This document shows positions 7,402 to 14,958 of a stretch of 64,000 nucleotides of DNA, one piece after another (the stretch's first letter is position 1; every line of letters begins with the position of its first letter). Made by a program: the position numbers and the translations under genes. The DNA lies in assembly GCA_026707665.1 (NCBI GenBank), contig JAPOWK010000093.1, forward strand, positions 12,137-76,136, written 5' to 3'. The notes below the pieces were generated by a model. The model did not search any database. It was not told the origin of the DNA and saw only the letters and a program-made list of their open reading frames with translations. Source of the stretch: Chloroflexota bacterium (GTDB lineage: Bacteria > Chloroflexota > Anaerolineae > Aggregatilineales > Phototrophicaceae).

Positions 7402-9819
7402 ATGAATCGACCCATTCAGCAAGTCCCGGAAAAGGCAATCACCCGGCCCACGCGGGCCGCTAGCAGCCAAATGATGATCACGACGCCGGCCGCCTGGCGC
7501 AGCTTCGTGCAGACAAACTGGGCTCATTTGAAACGGCAGGCGGACAGCGCGGCGCTGGAATCGCCCTATCAGAAGCTGGTCATGATGGTCTTTGCGCCAG
7601 TCATGCCCAACCCAAATACCAAGCTGACCTTGCTGCGCCGTCTGCTCAAGAAATTCCGCTATTGCGAATCACTGAGCAAACGCATGACCGAGATCTATCG
7701 CGATCGCAATTACGCGCGCACGGCGGAAGAATTGGCTCGCCTCGAGCTCGTGCCAGAAAAATTGGATACAGACGAACTGATCGGACTGGACTGGCTCATC
7801 GTCGCCACAGGCGGTCTGGACGGCTCGGCGAATCAAGGCGGGCAGGCGATTCAATTCGCGCGCAACCTGCTGGAAGCTATGCGCGAACAGCGCGACTACC
7901 CATCGGCGGTGCGCGTCCAGGCGGGCAGCATCTCGGCTGGCGGTCATGTGATCTTTGCCGGACAAGATGTCAACATCGTCGCCGAACACTATCACGGCAA
8001 CAAGTCGGCGCTGAAAGCTTACCTTGCCGCGGTTCGCTCCGAGTGGAATATTCCGACGACGACCATCCATCCGGCATCGCAGCATCACACGCCGGCGATG
8101 CTGCACCAATTGTATACGCCGGTGGATATCTGGACCGACCAACGCCAATTTCACAACGTCGGCGATGAAGAACTGAACGCCCGGCGCTACCAGGCGATTG
8201 AGCGGGACATGGGTTATGTGCGCGAGTCCGTATTTGAAGTCATCTCGGCGAATCCGCTGATCGTCATCACGGGCGCCGCCGGGACCGGCAAAAGCTCACT
8301 TTGCCGCTTTATCGTGACCGCGCTCGCCTATGCCTGTGACCCGCGGGCGGAACGGCAGGACAAGGTCAAAGGGCTGGAGATGCTGGGCGCTTCCTGGATT
8401 CATGGGCCCATCCTGCCCGTCTATGTCAGCTTGCGCGACTTTGCCAGTTCGCCCGATCTGTTTCCGAAATCGCTGGCAGCCGCTTCATCAGAGCAGCTCT
8501 TGAATTATGTGAAGAATGCGACCGGCAATCTGGCGCCGCACCTGGAAGCCTACCTGACCCAATCCGATGTGCCCACGCATGGCAGCTTGATCGTTCTCGA
8601 TGGCCTTGACGAAGTGTATGAAGAAAATGACCGCATCATCTTGCAGCGGATCATCGAGAATTGGGCCGATCGTTTTCCCAGCTGCCGCGTCATCGTCACC
8701 AGTCGCACCTACGCCTACCGCCACGATTCGCGCTGGCGCCTCTCCGAGCGTTTCGCCTCCGCTGAATTGGCGCCCTTCACCTGGCAGCAGGTCAAATCCT
8801 ACATTGAGCGCTGGTACGCCAACGTCGCTGAGACCCGGCCCAGCGTGTTGGGCGGGCGCGCCGTCGCCGCCAGGCAGGGCGCCTTGATGGCGGCCGATCT
8901 CAACCAAGCCATACGCGCGAATCGAGCGCTCTGGCCTCTAGCCCGTCAGCCGCTGATGCTGGCGCTGCTCACGCTGATTCACGAAGACTACAAGCAGCTG
9001 CCGGACAAGCGCGCGGAACTGTACGAGCATACGGTGGAATTGCTCGATCGCTGGAATATCCCGTCGCCGGCGGACAAGCTGCATGAAAAGCTGGCCAATA
9101 TCAACCTGGACCGCATGCGGGCGGCGCTGAAGCTGATCGCCTTTGAGCTGCACTCGGAGCAGCAGAGTTATCAGCGCTATCCAACCATTGTCCACCGCGC
9201 GCGTCTGCTCGACAAATTGATTGAGCAGCAGTCATTCGGGCGCGGCTTGGGCGCCGGCATTGAAGACGTACTGGAATATCTGGCGACGCGCAACGGCATC
9301 CTGGTTTCGGACGCTCCCAATCTTTACCGCTTTCCCCATCTCACGATTCAGGAGTATCTGGCGGCTAGCGCCTTGATCGAGTTTTACGACGAATGCAGAA
9401 TGCCATCCGGCTTGCGGCCCCACAGCGCGGATGGCTGGACTTTTCCTGAGAACATTGTCGCCCTGCTCTGCCATGATTATGCGCGCTGGCGCAATGTCGC
9501 GCTCTTCGCCGGCGCCATCATCGCGGCCGGCAAATGGCAAGACATGCGCTGGCAGCTCATAGACGAGTTGCTGCCGACCCGCCTTGACGCCCCCTTGTCG
9601 GAACAGGAGCTGCACTGCATCAGTGTTGGCGCCGAAATCTGGGGAGAGAGCTGGTTGAAGTCGCGAACGCGCGGCCAGCTCGTCATTGAAGCGCACCTGG
9701 TCCGCTGCCTGCGGCACATCCACGGCGACGAGCGCATTGACGCGCCGGAACGCGCCAACAATTATGCGGTCTTGGCGCAGATTTCTCGCGCGCAATCGGC
9801 CCGCCCAAGCAAGAGATAG
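7402..9819 (+). CDS. NACHT-family STAND NTPase (805 aa)
   Basis: Walker A is VITGAAGTGKSSL (aa 288-300, nt ~8263-8301). Walker B is LIVLDGLDEV, followed by RVIVTSR, the usual NACHT order. There is a ~280-aa N-terminal region of unknown type and a helical C-terminal region with no obvious repeat sensor. Confidence 0.8.
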   Translation: MNRPIQQVPEKAITRPTRAASSQMMITTPAAWRSFVQTNWAHLKRQADSAALESPYQKLVMMVFAPVMPNPNTKLTLLRRLLKKFRYCESLSKRMTEIYRDRNYARTAEELARLELVPEKLDTDELIGLDWLIVATGGLDGSANQGGQAIQFARNLLEAMREQRDYPSAVRVQAGSISAGGHVIFAGQDVNIVAEHYHGNKSALKAYLAAVRSEWNIPTTTIHPASQHHTPAMLHQLYTPVDIWTDQRQFHNVGDEELNARRYQAIERDMGYVRESVFEVISANPLIVITGAAGTGKSSLCRFIVTALAYACDPRAERQDKVKGLEMLGASWIHGPILPVYVSLRDFASSPDLFPKSLAAASSEQLLNYVKNATGNLAPHLEAYLTQSDVPTHGSLIVLDGLDEVYEENDRIILQRIIENWADRFPSCRVIVTSRTYAYRHDSRWRLSERFASAELAPFTWQQVKSYIERWYANVAETRPSVLGGRAVAARQGALMAADLNQAIRANRALWPLARQPLMLALLTLIHEDYKQLPDKRAELYEHTVELLDRWNIPSPADKLHEKLANINLDRMRAALKLIAFELHSEQQSYQRYPTIVHRARLLDKLIEQQSFGRGLGAGIEDVLEYLATRNGILVSDAPNLYRFPHLTIQEYLAASALIEFYDECRMPSGLRPHSADGWTFPENIVALLCHDYARWRNVALFAGAIIAAGKWQDMRWQLIDELLPTRLDAPLSEQELHCISVGAEIWGESWLKSRTRGQLVIEAHLVRCLRHIHGDERIDAPERANNYAVLAQISRAQSARPSKR

Positions 9820-9832
9820 AAAGGACGCCTGA

Positions 9833-12136
9833 ATGATACCCATTCGAATGACTTGCCTGATTGTGTTGTTACTTTCCCTAAGTTGGGCGCAGGCGCAGGA
9901 GAATGACACGCAAGTCGTAATCACGAGGGAAGACGCCCCGTCGGCACGCAATATAAGACTGACTACGGTGGTGACCGAATTTGATCGCCCTCTGTATGTA
10001 ACACACGCCGGAGACGGCTCCGGGCGGCTCTTCGTGGTCGAACAAGGCGGGAAGATCTGGATCGTGCGCGCGGGGGTAAAGTCGGCGCTGCCTTTTCTGG
10101 ACGTCTCGCAGTTGATTTCACCGATTGCCTTGACTGGCGAATACACCGAACGCGGTCTGCTCGGGTTGGCATTTCACCCCGACTACAAGAACAACGGACA
10201 GCTATTCATCAATTATACTGACCGCAAGGGAGATACTGTAGTCTCCCGATATCGCGTTTCAGCGGAGAATCCGGACACCGTCGACGCATTAAACGCCGAC
10301 CTCATACTTTATTTGCGCCAGCCACACGAGTTCCACAATGGCGGGCATCTCGCTTTTGGTTCTGACGGCTATCTTTACATGGCGCTTGGCGACGGCGGGC
10401 CCGAGAAAGACCCGGCAGGCGCGGGTCAGAATCGGCAGATACTGCACGGATCGATTTTGCGCGTAGATGTGGATAGTGGCTCGCCCTACGTGATTCCGGC
10501 GGATAACCCCTTCGTCAACGACGCAGGCGCGCGCGACGAAATCTGGGCATACGGGCTGCGCAATCCCTGGCGCTTTAGCTTCGACCGAGCGACTGACGAT
10601 ATGTACATTGGCGATGTCGGCGATAGAAAGTGGGAAGAAGTCAACTTTGAACCTGCCGATAGCAGCGGCGGCCGGAATTATGGCTGGAATGTGTATGAAG
10701 GGAACGCAGAATTCGCCGGTGGCGAAGCGCCAAACTATTCGCCTCCATTCTTCGTATATGGCCACGAACATGGCTGCTCGGTGACCGGCGGTTACGTCTA
10801 TCGCGGTGAGGCGATTCCCGACTTGCAGGGCGTTTATCTCTTTGGCGATTTCTGCAGTGGCCGCATCTGGGCGTCCTGGCGCGATCCGGGCTACCATCGG
10901 CGCGTGATCGAGCTGATGGATACAGACCTGACGATAAGCAGCTTTGGTGAAGACGAAGCGGGCGAAACGTATCTGGTTGATTTCAATCGCGGAAGACTGT
11001 ATCGCATTGACCCCTATTTCGTCACCGCGGTCACAACGCGGGATCAGGCGCCGCAAGTTGAGAATTTCTCGCTCACGAGAGTCGCGGCTGGCTTTCACAG
11101 GCCGCTATACGTCACGCATGCTGGCGATGCTTCCGGCAGGCTCTTCCTGGTCGAGCAGAGCGGCAAAATTTGGATCTTGCGCGATGGCGTAAAATCTGGA
11201 CAGCCCTTCCTTGATATTTCGCATTTGATCTCACAGGTCGCGCTAACAAGCCAGTATACCGAACAGGGATTGTTGGGCTTGGCATTTCATCCCGAGTACG
11301 CGACGAACGGCAGGTTCTTTGTCAACTATACGGACAGGGACGGCAGTACCCTTGTCTCGCGCTATCAAGTTTCACTGGACAATGCAGATTTTGCCGATGC
11401 CGCCAGCGCGCGAGTCATCTTCCAGTTGCCGCAGCCATACAACAACCACAACGGCGGGCATATTGACTTCGGGCACGATGGCTATCTGTATATCGCGCTT
11501 GGCGATGGCGGTTCGGCAAATGATCCGCTTGGCGCCGGGCAAAATCGGCAGCTTCTGCTCGGCTCAATCCTGCGAATTGATGTGGACAGCGCAAGCCCCT
11601 ACGCCATTCCACCGGACAATCCCTTTGTCAGCGACGCGTCGGGCCTCGACGAAATCTGGTCATACGGCTGGCGCAATCCCTGGCGTTTCAGCTTCGACCG
11701 CGCGACCGGGGATATGTACATCGCCGATGTCGGACAGAATCAATGGGAGGAAGTCAATTTCGAGCCAGCTTCCAGCATAGGCGGCGAGAATTATGGCTGG
11801 AACGTCTTTGAAGGAAACACCCAATTCTCCGGCGGCAGCGCGCCGGATGCGGTGGATCCCTTCTTTGTTTACGGGCATTCGCATGGCTGCTCTGTCACCG
11901 GCGGTTACATTTATCGTGGCGAAGCGATACCAGATCTTCAGGCAGCTTATCTCTTCGGCGACTTTTGCAGCGGGCGCATTTGGGCGACATGGCGCGACAG
12001 TGCATACATTTGGAGAGCGGCCGAACTGTTTCAGGCTGGATTTGAGATCAGCAGCTTCGGCGAGGACGAAGCGGGCGAAATGTACGTCATAGATTATGGC
12101 GGCGCGCTCTATCGATTTGATCCCGTTGACAACTAA
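9833..12136 (+). CDS. Secreted tandem-duplicated PQQ-dependent sugar (glucose/sorbosone) dehydrogenase-like beta-propeller protein (767 aa)
   Basis: N-terminal signal peptide (MIPIRMTCLIVLLLSLSWAQA). Two homologous halves are offset by ~371 aa. Each carries RPLYVTHAGD.SGRLF.VEQ.GKIWI, GLLGLAFHP.Y, NGGH..FG.DGYLY.ALGDGG and CSVTGGY.YRGEAIPDLQ. Confidence 0.75.
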   Translation: MIPIRMTCLIVLLLSLSWAQAQENDTQVVITREDAPSARNIRLTTVVTEFDRPLYVTHAGDGSGRLFVVEQGGKIWIVRAGVKSALPFLDVSQLISPIALTGEYTERGLLGLAFHPDYKNNGQLFINYTDRKGDTVVSRYRVSAENPDTVDALNADLILYLRQPHEFHNGGHLAFGSDGYLYMALGDGGPEKDPAGAGQNRQILHGSILRVDVDSGSPYVIPADNPFVNDAGARDEIWAYGLRNPWRFSFDRATDDMYIGDVGDRKWEEVNFEPADSSGGRNYGWNVYEGNAEFAGGEAPNYSPPFFVYGHEHGCSVTGGYVYRGEAIPDLQGVYLFGDFCSGRIWASWRDPGYHRRVIELMDTDLTISSFGEDEAGETYLVDFNRGRLYRIDPYFVTAVTTRDQAPQVENFSLTRVAAGFHRPLYVTHAGDASGRLFLVEQSGKIWILRDGVKSGQPFLDISHLISQVALTSQYTEQGLLGLAFHPEYATNGRFFVNYTDRDGSTLVSRYQVSLDNADFADAASARVIFQLPQPYNNHNGGHIDFGHDGYLYIALGDGGSANDPLGAGQNRQLLLGSILRIDVDSASPYAIPPDNPFVSDASGLDEIWSYGWRNPWRFSFDRATGDMYIADVGQNQWEEVNFEPASSIGGENYGWNVFEGNTQFSGGSAPDAVDPFFVYGHSHGCSVTGGYIYRGEAIPDLQAAYLFGDFCSGRIWATWRDSAYIWRAAELFQAGFEISSFGEDEAGEMYVIDYGGALYRFDPVDN

Positions 12137-13542
12137 ACTATCGCCTGCGGTTCATTGGAATTGGTGATGCCCGCGCGCGTTCGCTTGTATTGCGCGATCA
12201 AGGTCTTGATCTGCAACTCGATGGGATGATAGCGCTTCATCACTTGCTTGCCCTCGGTTTGCAATTGGAGCATCCTCGTCTCGATTTTGCGCAGGCTGGA
12301 CTCCAGCTTGCCGTCGCGGTTTTTCCAATCAATGTACGCGAGCGGCACCAAAAGGATGAAAAAGGCGCCCAAACCGTACACAACCGAGGCGTAATCGCGC
12401 TCGCCGTGATAATGCAAATAAAAGCCTAGCGCCCCGCTCGCCAATACCAGCATGAGGTGAAGTATCATGCGCCGGGAAAAGGCGCCCCGTTTCTGCCTTC
12501 TATCCAGCTTTCGCAGCAGCTTATCCCGCTGCTGTCGCAGGTCCTCCAATTCAGCGCGAATACTCTCAACGCGTTCCCGCATTGGCTGTCCCTCTTCAAT
12601 AAAGGTATCCAACCGATTTTTGACCAGCCGAGCCGCCTCCCAGCTGTCCATCATCCGGTTGTAATGGACTTCCAGCGCCTTAATCTGCAGCTCAAGCGGC
12701 TGATAGCTCTGGCGGTATTGCGCCCCTTCCTGTCTCAGCTCAAGTATTTGCGCTTCTAGCTTGCGCTGCCTGCGGGCGGTGCGCGTTCGCGGATTCTTCC
12801 AGTTGGCGATGACAATTGGGATCAAGACGGCGCATACGGCGGTTAGCCCAAGGGCGACCAGACTGAAATCCCGCTGGGTGTTCCAATAATGGAGGCTCAC
12901 AATGCCGCTCGCGGCGATTAAGACCACCAGCATCCCTAGCCGACGCAAGACAAAGGAGCGCTTCCTGCGGCTTTCGATGCTGGTCTGTGTTTCTTCATGC
13001 TCGGCCCTAAGAGCTTCCAACTCGCCGCGCAGGCCGATCAATTGCTCACGAGCCGGCTGCCCTTTCTCTCGCAGCGCATCCAGGCGTCGTTTGAACTGCT
13101 GAATATGCAGCCAATCGTCATACTGCTCCTGCCCGCCTACGAACCACTCGCCCGATTCTTCGTCGCCAAAGATGAAGCGCCCGAAGTCGAAACTATAGGG
13201 CATCGGCTTGCCAGTGCTGAGGCTTCGCTCCAAATCGCCGACCTCTTCCACCAGCTGTTCATGGAGCAGCAACAATAGATTCAAGGGGGCGGCGCGGCGT
13301 TTCAACTCATCCGCGCTCATATCCGCGCCGTTTTCACTAAAGGCGTCCCGATGCAGGGTCAGCTCGGTTCGCATTCGCCCGAGCTCTTGCCGGACCCGGC
13401 GGATACCAGCGGCGCGGTCTCGCGTTGTAAGATGGGGCTGAAACAGGCTCGTCACGCCAATCGCGTGAAGGTCATCCAGATAGTCTTGTGGATTTGGTCG
13501 TTCAATCATGCTTACGTCTCGTAGGCTCATGTTGCTGTGCAA
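12133..13542 (-). CDS. Hypothetical membrane / coiled-coil protein with internal duplication (469 aa)
   Basis: Two repeats of the same module: a coiled coil (GQP.RE...R.ELE.LR), then a basic stretch, then a pair of hydrophobic helices (LGMLVVLIAASGIVSLHYW...LIPIVIANWKN versus HLMLVLASGALGFYLHYH...LVPLAYIDWKN), then Y.P.ELQIK.L. No family recognised. Confidence 0.5.
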   Translation of the reverse strand: MHSNMSLRDVSMIERPNPQDYLDDLHAIGVTSLFQPHLTTRDRAAGIRRVRQELGRMRTELTLHRDAFSENGADMSADELKRRAAPLNLLLLLHEQLVEEVGDLERSLSTGKPMPYSFDFGRFIFGDEESGEWFVGGQEQYDDWLHIQQFKRRLDALREKGQPAREQLIGLRGELEALRAEHEETQTSIESRRKRSFVLRRLGMLVVLIAASGIVSLHYWNTQRDFSLVALGLTAVCAVLIPIVIANWKNPRTRTARRQRKLEAQILELRQEGAQYRQSYQPLELQIKALEVHYNRMMDSWEAARLVKNRLDTFIEEGQPMRERVESIRAELEDLRQQRDKLLRKLDRRQKRGAFSRRMILHLMLVLASGALGFYLHYHGERDYASVVYGLGAFFILLVPLAYIDWKNRDGKLESSLRKIETRMLQLQTEGKQVMKRYHPIELQIKTLIAQYKRTRAGITNSNEPQAIV

Positions 13543-13662
13543 CGCAAACAGAACCGACGGTCAACCGCTGGCAAGTCTAGGTCATTATAGCACATCCGAG
13601 TAATGCCATATAATGGTCGCAAGCAATAGCAAGTCTAAGCTGGCGCGTCTGGGAGACAGGGC

Positions 13663-14610
13663 ATGATAAAGAGCGAGCTATACCCGCTAAAGTTGCGGCC
13701 CGCCCTGCATGTGAAGGTTTGGGGCGGTCGCCGTTTGGCTAATATGATGGGCAAGCGCCTGCCCACAGCGATGCCCTACGGTGAATCTTGGGAGTTGCAC
13801 GACACGGCCCTGATCGCCAACGGACCGCTGCGAGGGGCAACACTGGGCGATCTGGCGCGTGATTATGGCGCCGATCTTCTGGGCGCGGGGGTCGACCCCG
13901 CCGCCGGTATTCCCCTGCTGGCCAAGTTCATCGACGCATCCGACTGGCTTTCTATTCAAGTCCATCCGAATGACGAGCAAGCGGGCGCCCTGGAGCGCGA
14001 GCTACGCGGCAAAACGGAAGCCTGGGTGATCCTGCATGCGGAGCCGGGCGCTCGGCTAGTCATCGGGCTGCAGCCAGGAACGACGCGCGAACAAATGGCG
14101 GAGGCGATTAAGCGCAATCAGTTGGAAGCGCGCCTGGTTTATGCCGATGTATGTACCGGCGATGTCCTCTACATACCAGCCAACACGATACATGCGCTGG
14201 GACCAGGCTTGCTGATTTACGAGATTCAGCAAGCCAGCGATGTCACTTACCGGCTTTATGATTGGGGCCGGCTGGGCTTGGACGGGCAGCCGCGCGAGCT
14301 GCATATCGAGAAAGGTGTGCAGGTAGCCGAGCTCGCGTCGCTGCCGCGCGTCCGCCAGCCCCAGAATGAGTTGCTCGTCGATGGCGAATACTTCCGGACC
14401 TGGCGTCATGAACTCGATGGCAAGGCGCTAAACATCGAAACCGAGGGCTGCTTTCAAGCGCTGACTTGCATCGCCGGCACGGTGCATGTGGCGTCGGCTG
14501 AAAATGATAGCATCAGGCTCAACAAAGGCGAAACCGGCTTGATTCCGGCTTGCCTCTCGGCTTTCGTGATGCGCGGCAGCGGATCTATCCTGCGCTCCTG
14601 CCAAGGTTGA
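13663..14610 (+). CDS. manA: Class I mannose-6-phosphate isomerase (cupin)
   Basis: YPLKLRPALHVKVWGG, YGESWELHD, LSIQVHPND and KTEAWVIL give the typical type I PMI motif order. Confidence 0.7.
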   Translation: MIKSELYPLKLRPALHVKVWGGRRLANMMGKRLPTAMPYGESWELHDTALIANGPLRGATLGDLARDYGADLLGAGVDPAAGIPLLAKFIDASDWLSIQVHPNDEQAGALERELRGKTEAWVILHAEPGARLVIGLQPGTTREQMAEAIKRNQLEARLVYADVCTGDVLYIPANTIHALGPGLLIYEIQQASDVTYRLYDWGRLGLDGQPRELHIEKGVQVAELASLPRVRQPQNELLVDGEYFRTWRHELDGKALNIETEGCFQALTCIAGTVHVASAENDSIRLNKGETGLIPACLSAFVMRGSGSILRSCQG

Positions 14611-14807
14611 GAACGGCTGCCCCCCACAAAGAGCTGAGTACCGGACAGGCCTGATATAAACGTATGTAGAAGCGCCGCGTTAGACGTCAAATGCAGCTCT
14701 CGCGGCGTAAATTGTAGACACACGCGCGACAATGCCGCCGCCCTCGCAACATGCCTTGCGTCTCGCTAAGGGCAAAAGACTGGATTAATCTAGAGTTCGC
14801 AAGGTCT

Positions 14808-14866
14808 AGCTCCCCCTCCATAGCTGGCTGGGGAGGGGGGGGTGGGGTGAACCGCCCCCCTCTGAC
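14808..14866. repeat. G/C-rich hairpin repeat (CTCCCCCTCC-N10-GGGGAGGGGG plus a GGTGGGGTGA tail)
   Basis: Inverted repeat read directly at 14810-14839. Same family as 45441-45490 and the 59.6-60.6 kb copies. Confidence 0.65.
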
Positions 14867-14958
14867 CGGCGATTACAAAGCATTTACACTCCTCTGACAC
14901 TCCTCTGACATCGCTGCCGGATACTTAAACTGTATCAACCGCCACCAAAGGGGGAGCT

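Noticed and set aside
13571-13637. Direct repeat GCAAGTCTA (13571-13579 and 13629-13637) and a TATAAT at 13609-13614 in the divergent promoter region upstream of manA
   Set aside because: The words are short (9 bp) and there is no matching -35 at proper spacing. This could easily be chance in a 120-bp AT-richer spacer.
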